NCBI GenBank assembly: GCA_047622625.1
Contig: JBLHMX010000001.1
Span: forward strand, 1-38,233
Source of the DNA: Paracoccaceae bacterium
Lineage (GTDB): Bacteria > Pseudomonadota > Alphaproteobacteria > Rhodobacterales > Rhodobacteraceae
Direction of reading: 5' to 3'
DNA length: 38,233 nt
Of the stretch, positions 9,126 through 17,138 are shown in pieces. The notes below the pieces were generated by a model. That model ran no database searches. It saw nothing but the letters and a program-made list of their open reading frames with translations, and was not told the DNA's origin. How positions within the stretch are numbered: position 1 is the stretch's first letter; every line of letters begins with the position of its first letter. The translations under genes and the position numbers were made by a program.

Positions 9126-9641
9126 TTAATATTCAAGGCCCGCTGATTGCAGATAAATCGTCTGCTCGCCGGTCATGCGTAAGACACATGCGACGCTGGC
9201 AGGCCCACCGCCTGTGCCACCGCCCCATTGCGAATATTCATAGCCGCACGTGGTGTCGCGATAGGTGATCCATGCCCTTTGCATTGCCCGCAAAGCAGGT
9301 GCCTTTTTCGGCGCATTAAACCCGTCTGCATCATTTTGGGCATCATCTTGCTTTTCGCGTTTCATCAAAGGGCCATAGGCCGCGTTCAATTGCGTGTCCC
9401 ACCATTCAGCCTCAAAATTCAGGCACCCACCCATGCCATAAGTCGTGCCACCTGATGACGTGGCGTTCATGCAGGCCGTGGCAGATTGGCCAATGCATTG
9501 GCGTTTTTGATCTGATGTCGTCGCCGCAAACAAACAACTGCGGGTGTTGTTAATGTCAAATTGCAAGTCGTCCTGAGCAGCCACCGGTGACGCCAAAACC
9601 ACAGTCGACAAAACACTTGATAGTATGATCAGGTTTTTCAT
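9126..9641 (-). CDS. secreted DUF1311 / lysozyme-inhibitor LprI-family protein
   Basis: Signal peptide MKNLIILSSVLSTVVLASPVAAQ. DUF1311-like core C...WDTQLNAAY...LRAMQRAWITYRDTTC...C with conserved cysteines. Confidence 0.65.
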   Translation of the reverse strand: MKNLIILSSVLSTVVLASPVAAQDDLQFDINNTRSCLFAATTSDQKRQCIGQSATACMNATSSGGTTYGMGGCLNFEAEWWDTQLNAAYGPLMKREKQDDAQNDADGFNAPKKAPALRAMQRAWITYRDTTCGYEYSQWGGGTGGGPASVACVLRMTGEQTIYLQSAGLEY

Positions 9642-9707
9642 TATTTTTCCTTTTTTGTCCGAGAAACAAAGGGGTTACAGTAAAAATTTTCTCAACGGGT
9701 TAAGCCC

Positions 9708-10871
9708 CTACGCCGTTACTTTCATCAATTCCCGCCCGATCAACATCCGGCGAATTTCGCTTGTGCCGGCACCGATTTCCATTAATTTGGCGTCACGCAT
9801 AATACGGCTTAACGGGCTGTCACTTAAGTATCCGGCTCCACCCATTGCTTGTACACCTTGGGTCGCTACTTCCATCGCGCGTTCGGCAGAAAACAACACA
9901 CAACCTGCGGCGTCTTGGCGGGTTACTTCACCTCGATCACAAGCGGATGCGGCGGCATACACATAAGCGCGGCTTGCGTTCATCGCAGAATAGATATCGG
10001 CAATTTTGCCCTGCATCAGTTGGAAATCGCCGATGCTTTGGCCGAATTGCTTGCGCTCGTGCATGTAAGGCATGATGTGATCCAGTACCGAATGCATGAT
10101 ACCAACGCCGATGCCCGACAAAACGACCCGTTCGTAATCAAGGCCGGACATCAGTACATTGACGCCGCGCCCTTCGCCGCCAAGCACGTTTTCAAAAGGG
10201 ATATCGCAATCTTCAAAGATCAGCTCGCCAGTGGATGAGCCACGCATGCCCATTTTGTCAAAGCTTTCTGATGTTGAAAAACCTTTCATTGATTTTTCAA
10301 CCAGAAAGGCCGTCATACCACGCGGTCCGGCCTCTGGGTCCGTTTTGGCATAGACGACCAACGTGTCAGCATCCGGACCGTTTGTGATCCAGTATTTTGT
10401 GCCGTTCAGCGTGTAGTAGCCATTTTTCTTTTCCGCCCTTAGCTTCATGGAAACCACATCCGAACCTGCACTGGCTTCCGACATCGCCAGCGCGCCGACT
10501 TTTTTGCCTGAAACCAGATCGGGCAAATATTTAGCTTTTTGTTCAGGCGTTCCGTTCAAGCTGATTTGATTGACACACAGGTTTGAATGCGCCCCGTAAG
10601 ACAATGACACACTGGCACTGGCGCGGGCAATTTCTTCAACTGCAATAGTATGCGCAAGATAGCCCATGTTCACGCCGCCAAATTCTTCGTCAACTGTGAT
10701 GCCAAGTAACCCAAGCTCACCCATTTCGAGCCAAAGCTCTGCCGGCAGTTTGTTCGTTTTGTCGATTTCCGCTGCTAAAGGCGCGATGCGGTCTTGGGCC
10801 CAGCGATGTACCATGTCGCGCAGCGATTCAATATCTTCACCACAAGCGAAATTCATCGATGCATTAAACAT
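9708..10871 (-). CDS. liuA: isovaleryl-CoA dehydrogenase
   Basis: 387 aa acyl-CoA dehydrogenase ([38 protein letters not shown]), first gene of the liu cluster. GAGG ribosome-binding site 8 nt upstream of the ATG. Confidence 0.88.
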   Translation of the reverse strand: MFNASMNFACGEDIESLRDMVHRWAQDRIAPLAAEIDKTNKLPAELWLEMGELGLLGITVDEEFGGVNMGYLAHTIAVEEIARASASVSLSYGAHSNLCVNQISLNGTPEQKAKYLPDLVSGKKVGALAMSEASAGSDVVSMKLRAEKKNGYYTLNGTKYWITNGPDADTLVVYAKTDPEAGPRGMTAFLVEKSMKGFSTSESFDKMGMRGSSTGELIFEDCDIPFENVLGGEGRGVNVLMSGLDYERVVLSGIGVGIMHSVLDHIMPYMHERKQFGQSIGDFQLMQGKIADIYSAMNASRAYVYAAASACDRGEVTRQDAAGCVLFSAERAMEVATQGVQAMGGAGYLSDSPLSRIMRDAKLMEIGAGTSEIRRMLIGRELMKVTA

Positions 10872-10891
10872 AGCAGGCCTCGGGTTGTTGG

Positions 10892-10917
10892 AATTAATTG
10901 AACAGTTGTTCAGTTAA
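10892..10917. promoter_or_regulatory. palindromic operator AATTAATTGAACAGTTGTTCAGTTAA (TTAA-n-TGAACA-nn-TGTTCA-n-TTAA), copy 1
   Basis: Perfect 6-bp arms plus flanking TTAA arms. It lies 20 nt upstream of the ivd ATG. A near-identical copy is at 18775-18800. Confidence 0.6.
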
Positions 10918-10942
10918 TAACCCAAGCCGCGTTGATTTGCAA
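10897..10942 (-). promoter_or_regulatory. candidate promoter(s) of the liu operon overlapping the operator
   Basis: Two options on the minus strand. (a) TTGCAA (10942-10937), 17-nt spacer, TATTAA (10919-10914). (b) TTGGGT (10925-10920), 17-nt spacer, TTCAAT (10902-10897). In both, the palindrome overlaps the -10 or initiation region. Confidence 0.4.
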
Positions 10943-11080
10943 TAAAAAGCTGTAAACAGCCGACACCAAATCTGCCCCCCGTTCGCGCATAACCATACCC
11001 AATTGCGACATGGTCCGTCGGAATTGTCGGGTTACAGCCATCTGACACATCTAGCCTTAGGTCAAAATAAGGAGACCCCG

Positions 11081-12409
11081 ATGTCGCAACCTATTCTTGA
11101 TTTCATCCACGATCTGAGTTTTTCCGATATTCCGGCGGCTTCGTGCAAAATGGCGGAACTTTGTGTGCTTGATTTGATCGGCGTTGGAATTTGCGGATCA
11201 AGCTTGCCGAGTTCTGAGATTATTCGAAACCATGCGGCACTGATGTTTGGTTCAAGCGATCCGACCGCGAAGATGATGTTTGATGGACGTAGCGCCAGTC
11301 CCGTGGGAATTGCTTTGGCGGGTGGCATGACCATTGACGCCTTTGACGGCCATGACGGATATAACGAGGCAAAGGGCCATGTCGGTTGCGGCGTATTTCC
11401 AGCAGCACTCGCATTGGCTAACGCGACCGGGCTTACGGATGGGCAAGAATTTCTAACCGATATTGTTATCGGGTACGAATTGGGGTCGCGCCTTGCGCTT
11501 GCGCTGCATGCCAGCGTTACAGATTATCACACGTCAGGTGCTTGGGTCGCAGTGGCATGTGCCGCCATTGGCGCACGCCGACTGGGATTGGATCGCGAAG
11601 CAACCCGTCACGCGATGGGCATAGCCGAATATCACGGACCGCGCAGCCAGATGATGCGGGTGATCGACCACCCATCAATGCTAAAAGACGGTTCTGGCTG
11701 GGGCGCAATGGCAGGGGTTTCAGCGGCCTTTCTAGCGCAAAGCGGATTTTCTGGCGCACCGGCAATTACTGCTGAAGGTGCGGATGTGGCGACTTATTGG
11801 CAGGATTTGGGGGATCGATGGTTAATCGAAGACCAATATTTCAAACCCTACCCGGTTTGTCGTTGGGCCCAAGCCCCGATTGAAGCCGTGTTGACCTTAA
11901 AGCGCCAGCATCATGTAACTGCAGATCTAGTCGATCACATTGAAATTGCTTCGTTTCACGAGGCAATACGCCTTGCAACAAGTGACCCACAGGTTACAGA
12001 TGATGCCCAATATTCCACATCATACTCCTGTGCCGTTGCGCTTGTGCGCGGCAAGCTGGGTCTTGACGAAGTGTCGCCAGCAGCCTTCCAAGACCCAGAA
12101 GTAAAACGGCTGTCGCAGGGTTTGGTTATGCGCGAAGACGATTACTGCAACGCCAATTTTCCATCGGGACGCATGGCCAAAGCCGAATTGCATATGAAAG
12201 ACGGCAGTATATTACGCTCGGACGTGGTTTCAGCCCGTTGGGGGCCAGACGCCCCCGCGACCGAGGCCGAACTGAGGCTAAAATTTCACAGTTTTGCCGA
12301 CCCATTGATAGGAGACGCGCGAAGCCGAGAAATCGAAACGGCAGTCGGTGACTTACAAAACGGCAGCTCGGTTTCGGCGCTAAGCGAATTGATTTGTTGC
12401 GCGAACTAA
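11081..12409 (+). CDS. MmgE/PrpD-family protein (2-methylcitrate dehydratase-like fold, substrate unknown)
   Basis: 442 aa with family-like features (DLIGVGICGS, YHTSGAW, KPYPVCRWAQAPIEA). Start placed at the ATG preceded by GGAG. Confidence 0.75.
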   Translation: MSQPILDFIHDLSFSDIPAASCKMAELCVLDLIGVGICGSSLPSSEIIRNHAALMFGSSDPTAKMMFDGRSASPVGIALAGGMTIDAFDGHDGYNEAKGHVGCGVFPAALALANATGLTDGQEFLTDIVIGYELGSRLALALHASVTDYHTSGAWVAVACAAIGARRLGLDREATRHAMGIAEYHGPRSQMMRVIDHPSMLKDGSGWGAMAGVSAAFLAQSGFSGAPAITAEGADVATYWQDLGDRWLIEDQYFKPYPVCRWAQAPIEAVLTLKRQHHVTADLVDHIEIASFHEAIRLATSDPQVTDDAQYSTSYSCAVALVRGKLGLDEVSPAAFQDPEVKRLSQGLVMREDDYCNANFPSGRMAKAELHMKDGSILRSDVVSARWGPDAPATEAELRLKFHSFADPLIGDARSREIETAVGDLQNGSSVSALSELICCAN

Positions 12410-12456
12410 GTTTCTGGACTTTGGCCTTGCCCGGCGATTTTTTTGGCGCGCGCCAA

Positions 12457-13122
12457 TCATAGATTGAGATTTGAAACCACATTCGGCAGGTCGTCGTAGT
12501 GGTCAAGTAAAGCTTCTGGATTCATCGCAATCACATCGCGCGATTTGGGCCCGAACGTCACAAGAATGCATGGAATATTGGCATTTTGGGCAGTTTTGCG
12601 GTCGGTGATCGTATCGCCCACAAGAACAGAACGATCGGCGTGACCCCCAAGTTCGTGGATGGTCGCAAATAAATGTTCGGGGTCCGGTTTACGAACAGGC
12701 AGACTGTCAGCGCCCAACATCGCGCCAAACCTTTCGCGAATACCTAGCCGTGCAAGCAGGATTTCTGCCAAACCAGCCGGTTTATTTGTACAAATACCAA
12801 GGGCGAAGCCACTTCCGGCCAACAAATCAAGGCTGCGTTCGACCCCGGGATAAAGGACCGTAAACACATCAATGTGTTCCGCATAATATTCTAATAAACG
12901 CGGGTATTGCGCATTAACATCGTCTTCATCCCATGTAGTTGGTAAACGAGAATACCCCAACCGAAGCATGGCCCGACCGCCGTTAAACGCCACTTCTTGA
13001 TCGGCTGCGGCATCAAGCAGATCGCCGTGACCAAGTTCGCGAAAACATGCGTTGGCCGCGGCGATCAAATCCCCGCTGGTGTCGGCTAATGTTCCATCAA
13101 GGTCAAAGATTACGGATTTCAT
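12457..13122 (-). CDS. HAD-IA hydrolase, phosphoglycolate phosphatase-like
   Basis: HAD motifs DLDGTLADT, GICTNK and VGDTITDRKTA. Start moved to MKSVIFDLDG. Confidence 0.8.
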   Translation of the reverse strand: MKSVIFDLDGTLADTSGDLIAAANACFRELGHGDLLDAAADQEVAFNGGRAMLRLGYSRLPTTWDEDDVNAQYPRLLEYYAEHIDVFTVLYPGVERSLDLLAGSGFALGICTNKPAGLAEILLARLGIRERFGAMLGADSLPVRKPDPEHLFATIHELGGHADRSVLVGDTITDRKTAQNANIPCILVTFGPKSRDVIAMNPEALLDHYDDLPNVVSNLNL

Positions 13123-13252
13123 GTTGTGGCCTTTTGGTTTTCGCCCTGTTTGACAGGTTGTGTAACGAACGGAAAGCATTGTTGATGATCTATGCCTTTC
13201 GGTGGCCATACTTCCAAGTTAGAACCAACGAGGATCGAACGAAGGTTGGAAA

Positions 13253-14608
13253 ATGGCGACAGCACTTATTGTTCTTGCAGCTGGCAAAGGCACGCGAATG
13301 AACTCGGACATCCCGAAGGTTCTGCACCGTCTTGCTGGCGTTCCGATGTTGGCGCATGCCATGCGTGTGGGGATTTGCATTGAGGCTGAAAAGACAGTGA
13401 TTGTTGCCGGGCACGGCGTTGACGCAGTTTCCGAAGCGGCAAAGCTGCAAGACCCTGACGCAGTGATTGTTGTGCAAGAAGAACAACGTGGCACGGGCCA
13501 TGCGGTTGGCTGTGCGAAAGACGCGCTTGGCGATTTTGACGGTGACATAATTGTGCTTTATGGCGACACACCTTTTGTGACGCCTGAAACTTTGAAAGCC
13601 ATGTTAAAAGCCCGCACCGAGGGCCACGGCGTCGTCGTTTTGGGGTTTGAAGCTGCGGACCCAACGACGTACGGGCGATTTGTCGTCGGTAGTAATAACC
13701 AACTTGATGCGATTATCGAAGCCAAAGAAGCGACTGCAGAGCAGCGGAAAATCACCCTTTGCAATTCTGGCGTTGTTTGTGCGGATGCCAAGCAATTATT
13801 TGAACTTGTTGACCGAATTACAGACGACAATACTTCTGGCGAGTTCTATTTAACGGATATTGTGGCGCTGGCCAATCAGGCTGGTCTAACCGCTGGTTAC
13901 GTCACCTGCCCCGAGGCTGAGACTTTGGGCATTAATTCTCGCAGCCAACTGGCGTTAGCGGAAGCTGCGTTTCAGGCGAGGGCTCGCACTGAGGCCACTG
14001 AAAACGGCGTGACACTCGCAGCCCCTGACAGTGTTTATTTTGCATTCGATACGATGATAGGGCGCGATGTTCTGATCGGGCCCAACGTGGTCTTTGGGCC
14101 CGGCGTTACGATTGAAAGCGGCGCCGAAATCAAGGCCTTTAGCCACCTAGAAGGCTGTCATATCAGCGAGGGCGCCAGCGTTGGCCCTTTTGCCCGCTTG
14201 CGTGCAGGCGCCGAAATCGGGGCAGACGCCAAAGTTGGTAATTTTGTCGAGATCAAAGAGGCAAACATCGGCAAGGGTGCCAAAGTGAACCATTTATCAT
14301 ACATCGGTGACGCCGAGATTGGCGAAGCGGCAAATATCGGGGCGGGTACAATTACCTGCAATTATGACGGCGTTCTAAAGCACAAAACTGTCATTGGCGC
14401 TGGGGCTTTTATCGGGTCAAACACTGCATTGGTTGCGCCCGTTTCCATTGGGGCAGAAGCGATGACCGGGTCCGGGTCTGTCATCACTTCGGATGTAGAA
14501 GACGGGGCTTTGGCGATTGCGCGTGCCGTTCAAGTCAACAAGCCTGGGTTGGCCAAACGGCTGCGTTCAAAGTTATTGGCGATTAAAGCCAAGAAAAATA
14601 AAGGATAA
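13253..14608 (+). CDS. glmU: bifunctional UDP-N-acetylglucosamine pyrophosphorylase / glucosamine-1-phosphate N-acetyltransferase
   Basis: LAAGKGTRMNSDIPKVLH nucleotidyltransferase motif plus a C-terminal left-handed beta-helix hexapeptide repeat region. 451 aa. Confidence 0.93.
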   Translation: MATALIVLAAGKGTRMNSDIPKVLHRLAGVPMLAHAMRVGICIEAEKTVIVAGHGVDAVSEAAKLQDPDAVIVVQEEQRGTGHAVGCAKDALGDFDGDIIVLYGDTPFVTPETLKAMLKARTEGHGVVVLGFEAADPTTYGRFVVGSNNQLDAIIEAKEATAEQRKITLCNSGVVCADAKQLFELVDRITDDNTSGEFYLTDIVALANQAGLTAGYVTCPEAETLGINSRSQLALAEAAFQARARTEATENGVTLAAPDSVYFAFDTMIGRDVLIGPNVVFGPGVTIESGAEIKAFSHLEGCHISEGASVGPFARLRAGAEIGADAKVGNFVEIKEANIGKGAKVNHLSYIGDAEIGEAANIGAGTITCNYDGVLKHKTVIGAGAFIGSNTALVAPVSIGAEAMTGSGSVITSDVEDGALAIARAVQVNKPGLAKRLRSKLLAIKAKKNKG

Positions 14609-14612
14609 GCCG

Positions 14613-16436
14613 ATGTGTGGTATTGTTGGAATTCTTGGCTTGCACGAGGTTTCTCCGCTTATTCTGGGCGGGTTAAAGCGGCTGGAATACCGTGGCTATG
14701 ACAGCGCAGGCATTGCTACTATCAACAATGGACACTTGCAACGCAGGCGTGCTGTTGGCAAATTAATAAACCTTTCTGATTTATTGGTGCATGAGCCTTT
14801 GCCAGGAAAATCTGGTATCGGCCATACCCGATGGGCCACCCATGGGGTCGCAAATCTTGCCAATACCCATCCGCATCGCGCCGGTCGTGTGGCTGTCGTG
14901 CATAATGGCATTATCGAGAACTTTCGCGATTTACGGGCCGAACTTTCCGCCAAAGGCATCGGCCATGAAACCGATACCGACACCGAAACCGTGGCCATTC
15001 TTTTCGAGGATTTCCTGGATCAAGGCATGACACCGCGCCAAGCAGCGCCGGCAACAATCGCCAAACTTGAAGGGGCCTATGCCCTATGTTTTCTTGTCGA
15101 TGGTGAAGAAGATCTGTTGATTGCGGCGCGCAAAGGTTCACCCTTGGCAATCGGACATGGTGATGGCGAGATGTACGTCGGTTCAGACGCTTTAGCCTTG
15201 GCCCCGATGACCGATCGCGTGACCTACCTTGAAGAAGGCGATTGGGCGGTTTTGACCCGAGCTGGGGCCGAAATATTTGATGCAAGTGGCCAACGCGCCA
15301 ATCGTGAAATGCGCAAAATTCGATTAGAACATGCGGCTGCCGATAAGGGCGGTTTTAGCCATTTCATGGCCAAAGAAATCAACGAACAACCCACAGTATT
15401 AGGCAATGCGGTGTCTCATTATTTGGCGGATGACCGCAAATCGGTCCAATTGCGCGAAGGCGAGATTGATTTCACCAAAATTGACGGGGTAACAATGGTC
15501 GCCTGCGGCACGGCATATCTGGCGTGCAATGTGGCGAAATACTGGTTTGAAAGCCTTGCACGCATTCCAGTCGAATTAGATGTGGCGTCAGAATTCCGTT
15601 ATCGCGAACCACCTCTGTCAGACAAATCAATTGGCCTGTTTGTCAGCCAATCCGGTGAAACAGCCGACACATTGGCCGCACTTCGCTATTGCGATGGCAA
15701 AGTCGCAAAAACCGTTTCGATTGTGAATGCTATGGAAAGCTCGATCGCCCGCGGTGTTGATTTAGCCTTGCCAATATTGGCGGGCGTTGAAATCGGCGTG
15801 GCGTCAACCAAAGCGTTTACGTGCCAATTGGTTGCACTTGCATCACTGGCCATTTTGGCAGCCCGTCAACGCGGTGAAATTGACGCTGCACGCGAGGCGG
15901 AACTGGCCACGCATTTGGAAAACCTACCGTCGGTTGTGAATGCAGCGTTGAAACAAGACGCCAAGTTCCGGGCAGTATCTCGTGGGTTGGCGGAAGCGCG
16001 CGATATCTTGTTCTTGGGGCGTGGATCGATGTTCCCGTTGGCAATGGAAGGCGCGTTAAAACTGAAAGAAATCAGCTATATACATGCGGCCGGTTATGCC
16101 AGCGGCGAGCTGAAGCATGGGCCGATTGCGCTGGTCGATAAACATGTGCCAGTTGTTGTTATGGCCCCTAAGGACGACTTGTTTGAAAAGACTGTCAGCA
16201 ACATGCAAGAAGTTATGGCACGTGGCGGTAAAATCGTATTGGTGACCGATAAAGCCGGCGCTGCCGAGGCCAGTGAAGGTGTTTGGAAAACATTGATAAT
16301 GCCCGATGTTGATCCATTTTTGGCGCCGATTGTATATGCTATTCCCGCGCAACTCTTGGCCTATTATACGGCTGTGATAAAAGGCACTGATGTGGATCAA
16401 CCCCGAAATCTAGCAAAATCGGTGACCGTAGAATGA
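14613..16436 (+). CDS. glmS: glutamine--fructose-6-phosphate aminotransferase
   Basis: MCGIVGI N-terminal nucleophile, two SIS domains, and the C-terminal ...DVDQPRNLAKSVTVE. Start at the ATG 5 nt after the glmU stop. Confidence 0.95.
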   Translation: MCGIVGILGLHEVSPLILGGLKRLEYRGYDSAGIATINNGHLQRRRAVGKLINLSDLLVHEPLPGKSGIGHTRWATHGVANLANTHPHRAGRVAVVHNGIIENFRDLRAELSAKGIGHETDTDTETVAILFEDFLDQGMTPRQAAPATIAKLEGAYALCFLVDGEEDLLIAARKGSPLAIGHGDGEMYVGSDALALAPMTDRVTYLEEGDWAVLTRAGAEIFDASGQRANREMRKIRLEHAAADKGGFSHFMAKEINEQPTVLGNAVSHYLADDRKSVQLREGEIDFTKIDGVTMVACGTAYLACNVAKYWFESLARIPVELDVASEFRYREPPLSDKSIGLFVSQSGETADTLAALRYCDGKVAKTVSIVNAMESSIARGVDLALPILAGVEIGVASTKAFTCQLVALASLAILAARQRGEIDAAREAELATHLENLPSVVNAALKQDAKFRAVSRGLAEARDILFLGRGSMFPLAMEGALKLKEISYIHAAGYASGELKHGPIALVDKHVPVVVMAPKDDLFEKTVSNMQEVMARGGKIVLVTDKAGAAEASEGVWKTLIMPDVDPFLAPIVYAIPAQLLAYYTAVIKGTDVDQPRNLAKSVTVE

Positions 16437-17110
16437 CCCTTGATGAGGCCCTTGCCGCCCTAAAAGAACATGTTGAACCTGGTCGCGCCGAGGCCGCCGC
16501 TGCGTATCACAAAATACCACGCGCTTACCTTGGCGTCGCCAATCCCCCGATCAATGATCTGACAAAAATTTGGCGACAAACGCTTTCGGTCACCGAACGT
16601 GTGCAATTGGCCGATCAACTTTGGCAAACTGACATCTATGAAGCCCGTTTGGCGGCCGCGAAAGTGCTAACGCAAGCCCGGATAAAAGACGATGAAGACG
16701 CTTGGCAGCTTATCCAAAGTTGGACACCCGATTTCGACAGTTGGGCCATTGCTGATCACGCGTGTATGGCCGGTCATCGGCGGCTGCTGGCCAACCCAAA
16801 TCGTTTGGATCAAGTTGAAGCCTGGACCCGTTCGCCCCATATGTGGACGCGCCGCGCGGCACTGGTTGTGACTTTGCCCTGGACCAAAGAACGCCATCCC
16901 AAGCCGCCGTATCTGCGCGATCGCGAACGGGTGCTAACGTGGGCCGCAAGTTACGTCGACGATCCTGATTGGTTCATCCAGAAATCAGTGGCTTGGTGGC
17001 TGCGTGATTTATCAAAGCGCGATCCTGCGCGGGTAACGCAATTTATGCAGGACCACGGCGCGCGAATGAAGGCGTTTGCCCGAAAAGAAACCGTGAAGTA
17101 CCTGCCGTAA
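16433..17110 (+). CDS. DNA alkylation repair protein (AlkD/AlkC-like HEAT-repeat family)
   Basis: 225 aa helical repeat protein with the W/R-rich pattern (WAIADHAC, MWTRRAALV, FIQKSVAWWLRDLSKRDP) typical of pfam DNA_alkylation. ATGA overlap with the glmS stop. Confidence 0.7.
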   Translation: MTLDEALAALKEHVEPGRAEAAAAYHKIPRAYLGVANPPINDLTKIWRQTLSVTERVQLADQLWQTDIYEARLAAAKVLTQARIKDDEDAWQLIQSWTPDFDSWAIADHACMAGHRRLLANPNRLDQVEAWTRSPHMWTRRAALVVTLPWTKERHPKPPYLRDRERVLTWAASYVDDPDWFIQKSVAWWLRDLSKRDPARVTQFMQDHGARMKAFARKETVKYLP

Positions 17111-17138
17111 CCAGCCAGAACAGGGCTGCGGTATAGCG

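Noticed and set aside
12443-12456. The 14-bp GC palindrome TTGGCGCGCGCCAA, preceded by T7, considered as a bidirectional terminator between the PrpD-like and HAD genes.
   Set aside because: The T-run precedes the hairpin on the plus-strand transcript. On the minus-strand transcript it becomes an A-run after the hairpin. Neither orientation gives the hairpin-then-U-tract arrangement. It may still pause or terminate weakly, but this cannot be supported from sequence.
14517-14612. N-terminally extended ORF versions: glmS from 14517, fabH from 24515, argS from 33448, erpA from 34655, the NMO gene from 7536, the HAD gene from 13209, the lipoprotein from 19483, the desaturase from 1707, the PrpD-like gene from 11003 and the SPOR gene from 31639.
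   Set aside because: The extensions overlap upstream genes or lack similarity to the family N-termini. Internal ATG or GTG starts give canonical N-termini (for example MCGIVG for GlmS) and sensible ribosome-binding sites.
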